Source: an uncultured Spirochaetota bacterium (GTDB taxonomy: Bacteria > Spirochaetota > B62-G9 > DRHN01). From it: 51,447 nucleotides of DNA. The stretch lies in contig CAZGJW010000004.1 in assembly GCA_964525675.1 (NCBI GenBank), positions 1-51,447 on the forward strand. Reading direction: 5' to 3'. A program made the translations under genes and the position numbers. A model generated the notes under the pieces. It saw only the letters and a list, made by a program, of their open reading frames with translations, was not told the DNA's origin and did no database searches. Positions 27,744-36,920 of this stretch are shown piece after piece. How positions within the stretch are numbered: position 1 is the first letter of the stretch; every line of letters starts with the position of its first letter.

Positions 27744-27839
27744 GTATGGTTTTATCCTTTGGAATACTGATTATTTGTACCATAATTTTGTGCTAAATAG
27801 ACCCTCATGTCAAAATCGCCTGTTATTACATCTTATATT

Positions 27840-27861
27840 GGTAAAAACCATTAGGCAAGTG
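27840..27861 (-). repeat. Partial copy (3' 22 bp) of dispersed intergenic element
   Basis: GGTAAAAACCATTAGGCAAGTG matches the reverse complement of 35253-35274 at 21/22 positions. Confidence 0.75.
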
Positions 27862-27894
27862 TTGGCCGGGTGCCTTGTAACTCTGGCATGGCCG

Positions 27895-30687
27895 TCAGGA
27901 ATAGTGCGTATCGACCACCGAGGCGCACCGGTCGCACAGGTCCGGGTGGCTGCTGTTCTGCCCGACGCTTTCGAGATACCGCCAGCAGCGCTCGCATTTC
28001 TTCGCTTCGGACTTTTTCACCTTTACTTTGATAAGCTCGCCTTCGAAACAGCCGGGGTCGGCGGCGCCGTTTTTGAACAGCTCCACGTTTGACACCACGA
28101 ACAGCGGCGCAAGCTGGGCCCTGTTTTCGTCTAAAAGCCGATACAGATCCTCATCCGCGTAGATTGCCACCTCTGATTCGAGCGAGTGGCCGATTGCCTT
28201 TGCTATTCTCAGCTCTTCGATGGGTTTCAACACGTCCCGTCGAATGGCGATGAGGGTGTTCCACACCCCGGTAAGTTTTTCATCCATGAAGTCCTTGTTC
28301 ACCATCGGGAAATCGGTGAGGTGCACGCTTTCTTCACTGGGGATATTACCGGGCTTCAGCACTTCATCGGCGAACACCCGATACGCCTCTTCGGCGGTGA
28401 AGCTCAGTATTGGCGCAACGAGCGCCAGAAGGTTTTTAAGGGTATAAAAGAGCACGGTCTGGGACGATTTTCTCGGGAGAGTCGGCCCGGAGCAGTACAG
28501 CTTGTCCTTGACGATATCCAGGTAGAAGGAGCTCAAATCGATATTGCAGAAATTTATCAGCTCTTTGACAATGGTGTGAAACTGCCAATGCTCATACGAA
28601 TCGAGTATACGAGCAGTTACCTCCTGGAGCCTGTGTAAAAGCCACCGGTCAATGTCTTCAAGCTCTCCCGCCTCGATAAGGTCTTTTTTCGGGTCGAAGC
28701 CGGCCAGGTTTCCGAGCATGAAGCGTACGGTGTTTCTGATTTTTCTGTACGAATCGACGAGCTGGCCGAGTATCTCTCCCGAGATGCGTATATCCACAGA
28801 ATAGTCGGAGGACACTGCCCAGAGACGAATGATGTCCGCCCCGTACTTTTGTATCACCTCTTCGGGAGCAACGGTGTTTCCGAGGGACTTGCTCATCTTC
28901 TTCCCCTCGCCGTCCACGGTAAACCCGTGGGTGAGCACGGCCCGGTAGGGTGCACCGCCCCGAGCAGCCACTGCAGTGAGCAGTGACGACTGAAACCAGC
29001 CCCTGTGCTGGTCGGAGCCTTCGATGTACAGGTCTGCGGGCCAGTGGAGCTCTTTTCGTGTTTCGAGTACTGCTGCATGCGAAGACCCGGAGTCGAACCA
29101 CACATCCATGATATCGCTTTCCTTCGTAAACTCACTGCCACCGCATTGGGAGCAGGTGTATCCATTAGGCAGAATCTCCTCAGCGTCCTTTACGAACCAG
29201 CTGTCCGATCCCTCCTCCGCGAAGAGGTTTTCGACCGCCTTCAGCGTGATATCGTTGATGATCTCCCTGCCGCATGAGGAGCAGTAGAAAATGGGGAGAG
29301 GAACACCCCATGTCCGCTGCCGCGATATGCACCAGTCGGACCGGTTTTCCACCATGGACTTGATCCGGTTAGCGCTCGAAACAGGAATCCACTCGACACC
29401 GTCTATTGCGGAGAGCGCATCATCCCTGAATCCTTCAATGGAGGTAAACCACTGTTCAGTCGCCCTGAAGATGACCGGATTTTTACACCGCCAGCAGTGC
29501 GGATAGCTGTGCGTGAGAGAACCGACGCCGAGTAGTACGCCGATCTCCCGCAGATATTCTATGATTTTCTGGTTTGCATCCTGGGTAAACAGGCCCTTGA
29601 ACCGGGGAACCTCATCGGTAAATCGCCCGTAGTTGTCAAGGGGTGAGACGATATCGAGGTTGTACTTTATCCCCGTTTCATAGTCCTCGAGCCCGTGGCC
29701 GGGAGCCGTATGCACAGCCCCTGTGCCCGTGTCGAGAGTTACGTAATCGGCAAATACAATCGGAGAGTCCCGATCGATGAAGGGGTGACGCAGAACAACC
29801 CCCTCTAACTCATTCCCCATGAACCGCCTGATCACCGTATCTGCGCTGATTTCTGTTTTATCCGAGAAATCACCGAGCAGTTCGGTGGCAACGAGATACT
29901 TCTTGCCGCCATCCTCGAACAGGGTATATTCGAAATCGGGATGAAGAGCGACGCCGGTATTGCCCGGCAGGGTCCAGGGGGTTGTCGTCCAGATGACGAT
30001 GAATGCATCCCTGAGCTCCTCATACTTTGCAAACCCCTCCTTCACCTTGAAGGTAACGTAGATGGAGGGCGAGTTGTGGTCGTGATACTCGACTTCGGCG
30101 TCAGCGAGCGCTGTTACGCAGCTCGTACACCAGTACACCGGCTTCAGTCCCTTGTAGATGTGACCCTTTTTGGCCATCTCGCCGAATATCTCGATCTGCT
30201 TCGCTTCGTAGGCATGATGGTAGGTGATGTAGGGGTTTTTCCAGTCGCCCCATACGCCAAGCCGCCTGAACTGGTCTGTCATGGTTTGAATGTATTTAGT
30301 GGTGAACTCCTTGCACTTTTTCCTGAACTCGATGGGAGGAAGGCTTTCTCTGTTGAGTTTGTACGCCTTCAAAACCTCGGTTTCTATGGGCAGCCCATGC
30401 GTGTCCCACCCGGGGACATAGGGCGAATAGTAACCCATCATCGTTTTGTATTTGACGATGAAGTCCTTCATCACCTTGTTGTACGCAGTGCCGATGTGGA
30501 TCTTTCCGTTTGCATACGGCGGGCCGTCGTGCAGAATAAAAGCCTTACCGCCTTTTCTCTTTTTGACGACCTTTTCATACACTTTTTCCGTGTCCCATTT
30601 TTTAATCATCTCGGGTTCTTTTTTTGTAAGCCCCGCCCGCATCGGAAAGGATGTTTTCGGTAGAAACAAGGTGTGGTCGTAGGACAT
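27895..30687 (-). CDS. ileS: Isoleucine--tRNA ligase (type 1)
   Basis: LPKTSFPMRA, GPPYANG.IHIGT, WTTTPWTLP, KMSKS, C-terminal CERCW...CDRC zinc finger. Confidence 0.98.
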   Translation of the reverse strand: MSYDHTLFLPKTSFPMRAGLTKKEPEMIKKWDTEKVYEKVVKKRKGGKAFILHDGPPYANGKIHIGTAYNKVMKDFIVKYKTMMGYYSPYVPGWDTHGLPIETEVLKAYKLNRESLPPIEFRKKCKEFTTKYIQTMTDQFRRLGVWGDWKNPYITYHHAYEAKQIEIFGEMAKKGHIYKGLKPVYWCTSCVTALADAEVEYHDHNSPSIYVTFKVKEGFAKYEELRDAFIVIWTTTPWTLPGNTGVALHPDFEYTLFEDGGKKYLVATELLGDFSDKTEISADTVIRRFMGNELEGVVLRHPFIDRDSPIVFADYVTLDTGTGAVHTAPGHGLEDYETGIKYNLDIVSPLDNYGRFTDEVPRFKGLFTQDANQKIIEYLREIGVLLGVGSLTHSYPHCWRCKNPVIFRATEQWFTSIEGFRDDALSAIDGVEWIPVSSANRIKSMVENRSDWCISRQRTWGVPLPIFYCSSCGREIINDITLKAVENLFAEEGSDSWFVKDAEEILPNGYTCSQCGGSEFTKESDIMDVWFDSGSSHAAVLETRKELHWPADLYIEGSDQHRGWFQSSLLTAVAARGGAPYRAVLTHGFTVDGEGKKMSKSLGNTVAPEEVIQKYGADIIRLWAVSSDYSVDIRISGEILGQLVDSYRKIRNTVRFMLGNLAGFDPKKDLIEAGELEDIDRWLLHRLQEVTARILDSYEHWQFHTIVKELINFCNIDLSSFYLDIVKDKLYCSGPTLPRKSSQTVLFYTLKNLLALVAPILSFTAEEAYRVFADEVLKPGNIPSEESVHLTDFPMVNKDFMDEKLTGVWNTLIAIRRDVLKPIEELRIAKAIGHSLESEVAIYADEDLYRLLDENRAQLAPLFVVSNVELFKNGAADPGCFEGELIKVKVKKSEAKKCERCWRYLESVGQNSSHPDLCDRCASVVDTHYS

Positions 30688-30985
30688 AGGAAACCCCTGG
30701 GCTGTTCACGCGGTGTCAAGCAGGCTGCACCCGGCGTGTTAAAAATGTAAAGCAAACGAATAATACTTATGCATCGAGGTCTCAGTCAATCACAATTTGG
30801 ATGTGTCCAGGCTGTCTATGGAGGGTATGGTATTACAGGGCGGTGTGTGCCGCCGTTATTGCAATTGGTCCATGCTATGACTATCACTTGACAGATCTGA
30901 ATGGATGACGTAAGGTTTTTTGAGACCCGACCTATGCCGGAAGAGTCGTGTCGAGCGGATTGATGGACCGATCGGGAGGATTGAG

Positions 30986-31426
30986 ATGAATAAAAAGGGC
31001 GTGATACGCGAGATTGAAAAGATTATCGACGATGTAAAGACCGCCGTGCTTTCCACCGTCGGCGAAGATGGGATACCGTCCATGCGGTGGGTAACTCCTG
31101 TTCTGCTGAGGGGAAGGACGAGGGCCCTGTATATTGTAACTTCACCAAAGTCCGACAAGGTGCGGCATGTGCGGAATCATCCCGATGTACAATGGATGCT
31201 GCAGACCCGTTCCCTCGGGACGATTATTAATATTTACGGGAAGGTCAACGTGCTGGACAATCCTTCGATACGGAGCGAAGTTCTCGAGGTCGTCGGTCCG
31301 CGACTTCATGCATTCTGGAAAATTACGCATGACGAGAGAGACCTTCTCGTTCTTGAAACAGTCATTGAGAAAGCGGTGTACTATGTATCGATGAAGGGGC
31401 TGAAGGAAGAAATCCTTTTCGAATAG
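30986..31426 (+). CDS. Pyridoxamine 5'-phosphate oxidase-like FMN-binding protein
   Basis: VLSTVGEDGIPSMRWV..T...S.KV..V...P.V; GGGAGG SD before ATG at 30986. Confidence 0.75.
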   Translation: MNKKGVIREIEKIIDDVKTAVLSTVGEDGIPSMRWVTPVLLRGRTRALYIVTSPKSDKVRHVRNHPDVQWMLQTRSLGTIINIYGKVNVLDNPSIRSEVLEVVGPRLHAFWKITHDERDLLVLETVIEKAVYYVSMKGLKEEILFE

Positions 31427-31491
31427 GGCGTACTGCAGTAGCTGAGATTTATGCGAAACGGAAACCAACACGGAAGATATCGGGGGTAAAT

Positions 31492-32454
31492 ATGCAGTAC
31501 AAGAAGGAATTACTGCAGGAGCTGCTCAGGCAGATGCTTCTGATACGAAGATTTGAAGAGAAATCGGCACAGATGTACGGTCTGCGGAAGATCGGGGGAT
31601 TCTGCCATCTCTATATCGGGCAGGAGGCTGTTGCTGTCGGGGCCATTGCAGCGCTTGATCTACGCACCGACTACGTTATTACTGCCTACCGGGACCACGG
31701 TCATGCCATTGCGTGCGGTATACCGGTAAATAGGATCATGGCCGAGCTGTTCGGTAAAAAAACCGGCTGTTCCGGAGGTAAGGGAGGATCCATGCACCTG
31801 TTCGACGTAGAAAAGCACATGTTAGGCGGCAACGGCATCGTCGGCGCACATATTCCGATTGCAACGGGAGTCGCCTTCAAGATACGATCCAGGGATGAAA
31901 AGGGTGTTGTGCTCTGTTTTTTTGGCGACGGTGCCATTCACCAGGGTTCCTTTCACGAGAGCCTCAATATGGCGAAGATCTGGGACCTTCCCATCGTATA
32001 CGTCTGTGAGAATAACCAGTACGGAATGGGCACCGATTTCAAACGAGTGTCGGCGGTCGAAGACTTTGCGGTGATGGGACGCTCGTACGGAATCACCGGA
32101 AAGCAGGTGGATGGGATGGATGTGCTGAAGGTGAATGAGCAGGTTTCCGAAACGGTTAAAATCACGAGAAAAGAGCAACTTCCACAGTTTTTAGAGATTC
32201 GGACCTACCGGTACAAGGGGCATTCGATGAGCGACCCCGCAAAGTACCGGTCGAAGGATGAGCTTTCGTCCTACAAGGAAAAAGATCCGATACTCATACT
32301 CAAGCAGCATATGATCGACAAAAAGCTCATTACGGAAGATGGGTATAAACAGATTGATGCATCGTGTAAAAAAGAGTGCGATGAAGCGGTGAAATTCGCT
32401 GAAACGAGTCCCGAGCCGGACAGCACGGCACTGTACGATGATGTGTTCGCATAG
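31492..32454 (+). CDS. pdhA: Pyruvate dehydrogenase E1 alpha
   Basis: GGFCHLYIGQEA, GDGA...ENNQYGMGT TPP motif, TYRYKGHSMSDP. Confidence 0.96.
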   Translation: MQYKKELLQELLRQMLLIRRFEEKSAQMYGLRKIGGFCHLYIGQEAVAVGAIAALDLRTDYVITAYRDHGHAIACGIPVNRIMAELFGKKTGCSGGKGGSMHLFDVEKHMLGGNGIVGAHIPIATGVAFKIRSRDEKGVVLCFFGDGAIHQGSFHESLNMAKIWDLPIVYVCENNQYGMGTDFKRVSAVEDFAVMGRSYGITGKQVDGMDVLKVNEQVSETVKITRKEQLPQFLEIRTYRYKGHSMSDPAKYRSKDELSSYKEKDPILILKQHMIDKKLITEDGYKQIDASCKKECDEAVKFAETSPEPDSTALYDDVFA

Positions 32455-32669
32455 ATGGGATTCGGGGTACGGTGGAGGCTGCCCGTCGAGGATGGTTGTT
32501 CTGCATGACGGCTTGGTATACTATACATGCCGTCCAGGTATACAGTTGCCGGTGTGCTTTTGAGGGCAAGACCCCCCATTACACCCTGCCGGTTGCACAG
32601 GGGTACGGGCACACTTGAAACACAGCCCACGTCTACTGTAGAGGGGTATATATCCGGGGGAGGAGAAGG

Positions 32670-33650
32670 ATGCCTGTAATTACGTTTCGCGAGAGCCTGC
32701 GACAGGCGATCGACGAGGAAATGGAGCGCGATGAAAATGTTGTACTCCTCGGTGAAGAGGTCGCCCAGTACAACGGTGCCTACAAGGTGAGCCAGGGCCT
32801 GCTCGACAAGTTCGGCCCGAAGCGTGTCGTAGATACGCCCATTTCGGAGGAAGGATTCACGGGTCTCGGGATCGGTGCGGCCATGGTCGGAATGCGGCCG
32901 ATTATCGAGTGGATGACCTTCAACTTCTCCATTCAGGCCATGGACCAGGTTTTCAGCAACGCCGCCAAGATGCGGTATATGTCTGGTGGGCAGTTTACGG
33001 TTCCCGTCGTATTCAGGGGACCGAACGGTCCGGCAGAATATTTAGCGGCCCAGCATTCCCAGGCACTGCAGTCGATGTACGCGCACATGCCGGGTCTGAA
33101 GGTTGCGGCACCATCGACGCCGTACAATGCCAAGGGCCTGTTGAAGACCGCGATTCGAGACGACAACCCGGTGGTGTTTCTGGAAGCGGAGATGATGTAT
33201 GGATGGAAGGGAGAGGTCCCGAATGAGGAGTACCTCATACCCTTCGGGGAAGCTGCGTTGCGAAGAGAAGGCGACGATGTGACCATCGTCGGCTTTTCGA
33301 AACCGATGCGTATCATTGAAGGGGCTGCAGTACAGCTCGAAAAAGAGGGAATCTCCGCCGATATCATAGACCTTCGTACCATACGACCACTCGACGAGAA
33401 AACGGTGTATGAGTCGGTCCGAAAAACGAATCGATGCGTGGTGGTGGATGAGGCATGGCCCTTTGCGAGCGTGGGCTCGCATCTGAGCTGGCTCGTTTCG
33501 AAGAACTGTTTTGATTTGCTCGATGCCCCGGTCGAGCTCGTTTCAGCCGAGGATGTTCCTATGCCCTACAATCATCGGCTGGAGCTTGCCGCACAGCCAT
33601 CCGTTGAAAAGGTGATAAATGCGGTAATGAAGGTGCTGTATAGAGATTAA
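32670..33650 (+). CDS. pdhB: Pyruvate dehydrogenase E1 beta
   Basis: GEEVAQYNGAYK, DTPISE, GPNG...AAQHSQ, IDLRTIRPLD. Confidence 0.96.
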   Translation: MPVITFRESLRQAIDEEMERDENVVLLGEEVAQYNGAYKVSQGLLDKFGPKRVVDTPISEEGFTGLGIGAAMVGMRPIIEWMTFNFSIQAMDQVFSNAAKMRYMSGGQFTVPVVFRGPNGPAEYLAAQHSQALQSMYAHMPGLKVAAPSTPYNAKGLLKTAIRDDNPVVFLEAEMMYGWKGEVPNEEYLIPFGEAALRREGDDVTIVGFSKPMRIIEGAAVQLEKEGISADIIDLRTIRPLDEKTVYESVRKTNRCVVVDEAWPFASVGSHLSWLVSKNCFDLLDAPVELVSAEDVPMPYNHRLELAAQPSVEKVINAVMKVLYRD

Positions 33651-33677
33651 AACTGAAAGCACAATACGGAGTTTGTC

Positions 33678-35174
33678 ATGGCTGAGAAGGTAGTAATGCT
33701 CGCCCTGTCGCCGACGATGGAGACGGGAACGATTGTAAAGTGGAACAGGCAGGAGGGAGAAGAGGTCGCAACAGGGGATGTGCTCTGCGAGGTCGAGACC
33801 GACAAGGCGACTATGGAGTACGAATCCATGAACGACGGTATCCTGCTGAAGATTGTCATTCCTGAAAGGGGGAATGCGGCTGTCGGGCAGTCGATCGCTG
33901 TTGTCGGAGAAAAAGGGGAGAATATTTCAGCACTTATGGAAGAGATATCGCTTGAAAAACAGGGTGCGGGGACGGATGCGGCAGCGCTGCAGGTTTCCGA
34001 AGAAACTGCCGGCGGTTTGCCGCAGGCAGGGAAGGGTGCAGGCGGTGCCCGGAAAGAGGAGGGCGGCGCGTTAACCGGGGTGGGAGGGTCATCGTCCGTA
34101 GTTGATGAGGCCGCTTTGTCTCCTGCTGCTGTTTCTGAAGCACCGTTTACCGGAAGAATGTCCGGGCCAGGGGCTTCAATCGAATCCTCCAGGGCGAAGG
34201 CCTCTCCGCTTGCGAAAAAACTTGCCGATCAGTACGGTGTCACGCTGAGCAGGGTGCAGGGAAGCGGCCCGGGAGGAAGGATCATCAAAAGGGATATCGA
34301 TATGGCGCGGACCGCATCAGGTGCTGCCCAAACTGAGGGTGTTTCCGATGCGGTTTCCAGGGGAAAGACGGCAGCTGTACAGGCATCTGTGGCGTATGCT
34401 CCGGGACAGGCCCCGTCAGGGCTGGTCCCGCCAGGACATACGCCTTCATGGGATATTCCAACCGGCCCGGTCCCGTCAGGACAGGCCCCCGTTGTGGAGG
34501 AGATCACGGTTTCCGGAAAGAGAAAGGTGATAGCCGAGCGGCTCTCTCAGTCGAAGTTTAGCGCGCCGCATTACTACCTCAAAGCGGTGATTGCGGTCGA
34601 CGGCCTGATGGCCGCGCGCCGGGAGCTCAATAAAAAAAGGCAGGGAGACAAACTGACTTTCAACGCCTTTCTCGTGAAGTTCGTCGCCGAGGCGCTGAAG
34701 CGGCACCCGGTTGTGAATTCGAGCTGGCAGGGCGACAAAATCGTCCGCTTCGGGAGGGCCGACATCGGTATAGCCGTCGCCCAGCCGGACGGGTTGATCA
34801 CGCCGGTGCTCCGCGACTGCTGGAACAGGGGAATCGCCGGGCTCGATGCCGAGCTCAAATCGCTTGTAGAAAAGGCGCGGAACAACAAACTGAAGCCGGA
34901 GGAATACACGGGTGCTACATTCACGATCAGCAGCCTCGGCACCTACGGGATACACGAGTTTACAGCGATTATCAATCCTCCCGGTTCAGCCATACTTGCA
35001 GTCGGGCAGGCACGCAGAGAACCGGTGGTGGACGAGGGCGATGAGATACAAATCCTGACCAATATGACCGTAACGCTTTCATGTGACCACCGGGTCATCG
35101 ACGGCGCAACAGGCGCCCTTTTCCTGAACAACCTGAAAGAAATGATAGAAAACCCGGTGTTTGCACTCTACTGA
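33678..35174 (+). CDS. pdhC: Dihydrolipoamide acetyltransferase (PDH E2), one lipoyl domain
   Basis: EVETDKAT lipoyl Lys, ASPLAKKLA E3-binding domain, SCDHRVIDGA catalytic motif. Confidence 0.96.
   Translation: MAEKVVMLALSPTMETGTIVKWNRQEGEEVATGDVLCEVETDKATMEYESMNDGILLKIVIPERGNAAVGQSIAVVGEKGENISALMEEISLEKQGAGTDAAALQVSEETAGGLPQAGKGAGGARKEEGGALTGVGGSSSVVDEAALSPAAVSEAPFTGRMSGPGASIESSRAKASPLAKKLADQYGVTLSRVQGSGPGGRIIKRDIDMARTASGAAQTEGVSDAVSRGKTAAVQASVAYAPGQAPSGLVPPGHTPSWDIPTGPVPSGQAPVVEEITVSGKRKVIAERLSQSKFSAPHYYLKAVIAVDGLMAARRELNKKRQGDKLTFNAFLVKFVAEALKRHPVVNSSWQGDKIVRFGRADIGIAVAQPDGLITPVLRDCWNRGIAGLDAELKSLVEKARNNKLKPEEYTGATFTISSLGTYGIHEFTAIINPPGSAILAVGQARREPVVDEGDEIQILTNMTVTLSCDHRVIDGATGALFLNNLKEMIENPVFALY
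34398..34487 (+). repeat. Six degenerate 15 bp units encoding Pro-periodic pentapeptides in the PdhC linker
   Basis: APGQA/PSGLV/PPGHT/PSWDI/PTGPV/PSGQA. Confidence 0.65.
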
Positions 35175-35197
35175 AAAGCGGCGCATTCCTTCGATAA

Positions 35198-35274
35198 ATA
35201 GGCAAGTTAACTTTCAAACTTAAAAGGTGCAAACCAATAAATGCCTGTGGTGCACCTGCCTAATGGTTTTTACC
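35198..35274 (+). repeat. Dispersed ~80 bp intergenic element, copy after pdhC
   Basis: ATAGGCAAGTTAACTTTCAAAC matches 41131-41152 at 21/22 positions, and similarity continues to the end of the element. Confidence 0.75.
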
Positions 35275-35390
35275 TGTAGAATGTCATAGTAGGTAACGTG
35301 ACATAATAAGTCAGTAGAGCATAAAATTCTGGTACAAAAAACCAGGATCTTAATGGATAAAACCATAGGTACGATGTCCCTATAATTGAA

Positions 35391-35489
35391 ATGGTTGATG
35401 GATTACAGATTATTCTGTACATTGTAGGAGGTTTTCTGCCCCTGCTAATTTCATGTATATATACCAACAAGGATAAAGGAGCAGTGTAA
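35391..35489 (+). CDS. Possible 32 aa hydrophobic small protein or pseudogene tail
   Basis: MVDGLQIILYIVGGFLPLLISCIYTNKDKGAV; the stop overlaps the lpdA start (TAATG); no SD. Confidence 0.3.
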   Translation: MVDGLQIILYIVGGFLPLLISCIYTNKDKGAV

Positions 35490-36880
35490 TGTCTTTAAAT
35501 TATGATTATGATCTCGTTGTTATCGGTGCCGGGCCCGGAGGGTATGTTGCAGCGATTCGGGCTTCACAGTTGGGGATGAAAGCAGCGGTAATAGAAAAGG
35601 ACAAGCCGGGCGGTGTATGCCTGAACATCGGGTGCATCCCGTCAAAGGCACTCATACATCAGGCCGAGCTGTTCCGCTCGATCAGGGAACTCGAAGAGAT
35701 CGGCGTGAAAGCCGATACCGGCGGGTTCGATTATCTGAAGGTGTTCAAGAAATCACGGAAGGCTGCGGACATGCTGTCGAAAGGTGTCAACTTTCTTCTA
35801 AAGAAAAACAGTGTCGAGCTCATAGCAGGCACGGGTGTGTTGAAAGGTCCGCATGAGGTACTCGTCGACGGCGAGAAGAAGGTGACCGGAAACAGCATCA
35901 TCATCGCAACCGGTTCACGACCGAGAGAGATATCGGGGTTTCCATTCGACGAAAAAACGGTGCTGTCTTCAAACGGCGCCCTCATGCTCGAAGAGCTGCC
36001 GAAAAGTATAATCATCCTTGGCGGAGGATTTATCGGCGTGGAGTTCGCTCACATCATGAACAGCTTCGGTGTCGAGGTTCACATCGTGGAACTTCTGGAC
36101 AGGCTTCTTCCAATAGAGGACGAAGAAAGCGCGGAGGTGCTTACCCGGGCGTTTAAGAAACGCGGTATAAAGATAGCAACATCCACGAAGGCTTCGAGTC
36201 TTCAAATAAGTAAAAACGGGGTTATGGTAACTGCCGAGCAGAATGGTGAGAAAAAACAGATCGAGGCGGAAAAACTCCTGGTGGTCGTCGGTCGACAGGC
36301 AAACATTGAAAATATCGGGCTCGAAGAAGTGGGTATCAAAACCGAGAGGGGCTTCATCATCACAGGCGACTACTATCAAACCGATATACCCTCGGTGTAC
36401 GCGATCGGTGATGTGGTACAGACACCACAGCTCGCGCACGTGGCATCCAAGGAGGGTGAGATCGTGGTGGAACACCTTGGGGGTAAAAACCCCGTTACCC
36501 GTGTCAATGTTCACGAGATTCCATCTGCCGTGTACTGCGAGCCGCAGGTCGCGAGTATCGGGTATAAGGAGTATGAGGCCAAAAAAGAGGGCATCTCCTA
36601 TAAAAAGGCGGTATTTCCGTACCGGGGCGCTGGCAAGTCTGTGGCGGTGGAGCGCTCTGAGGGCTTCGTGAAGGTGCTGTACGACCCGGATACCTCAGAA
36701 ATCTTAGGCGCGCATATTGTGGGGTTAGACGCGACTGAGCTTATTCACGAGATCCTCCTCGCGAAAACCTCGGAGCTCCTCCCGGCAAATATCGCGGAGA
36801 TGATTCACGCCCACCCCACGCTGTCGGAGGCGGTCATGGAGGCGATGCGTGCGGCCGAAGGATGGGCAATACACGTATAA
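35489..36880 (+). CDS. lpdA: Dihydrolipoamide dehydrogenase (E3)
   Basis: GAGPGGYVAA, GGVCLNIGCIPSK redox motif, HAHPTLSE. Confidence 0.97.
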   Translation: MSLNYDYDLVVIGAGPGGYVAAIRASQLGMKAAVIEKDKPGGVCLNIGCIPSKALIHQAELFRSIRELEEIGVKADTGGFDYLKVFKKSRKAADMLSKGVNFLLKKNSVELIAGTGVLKGPHEVLVDGEKKVTGNSIIIATGSRPREISGFPFDEKTVLSSNGALMLEELPKSIIILGGGFIGVEFAHIMNSFGVEVHIVELLDRLLPIEDEESAEVLTRAFKKRGIKIATSTKASSLQISKNGVMVTAEQNGEKKQIEAEKLLVVVGRQANIENIGLEEVGIKTERGFIITGDYYQTDIPSVYAIGDVVQTPQLAHVASKEGEIVVEHLGGKNPVTRVNVHEIPSAVYCEPQVASIGYKEYEAKKEGISYKKAVFPYRGAGKSVAVERSEGFVKVLYDPDTSEILGAHIVGLDATELIHEILLAKTSELLPANIAEMIHAHPTLSEAVMEAMRAAEGWAIHV

Positions 36881-36920
36881 TCAATTTTCATTGTGGGGAG
36901 AAAGTTAAAAAGAGGCTGCA

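Larger units (their letters stand above)
15061..27861. other. AT-rich genomic island (sugar catabolism + Se/S cassette), no mobility gene
   Basis: Abrupt drop in GC right after the comEC stop and abrupt return near 27861, just beyond the ileS stop. Boundaries are approximate, judged by eye. Confidence 0.75.

Noticed and set aside
30480-30530. IleRS HIGT motif as a mupirocin-resistance signature
   Set aside because: HxGT is a common type 1 variant; the described hyper-resistance motif change concerns type 2 enzymes.
28186-30682. Several plus-strand ORFs of 75-240 aa inside ileS, and similar short overlapping ORFs elsewhere in the track
   Set aside because: They fully overlap confident genes, carry no motifs and are typical of GC-rich antisense frames.
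30688-30985. T-box riboswitch upstream of ileS
   Set aside because: No T-box consensus (AAGGGTGGNACC-like) or GA/AG-box motifs found on the minus strand.
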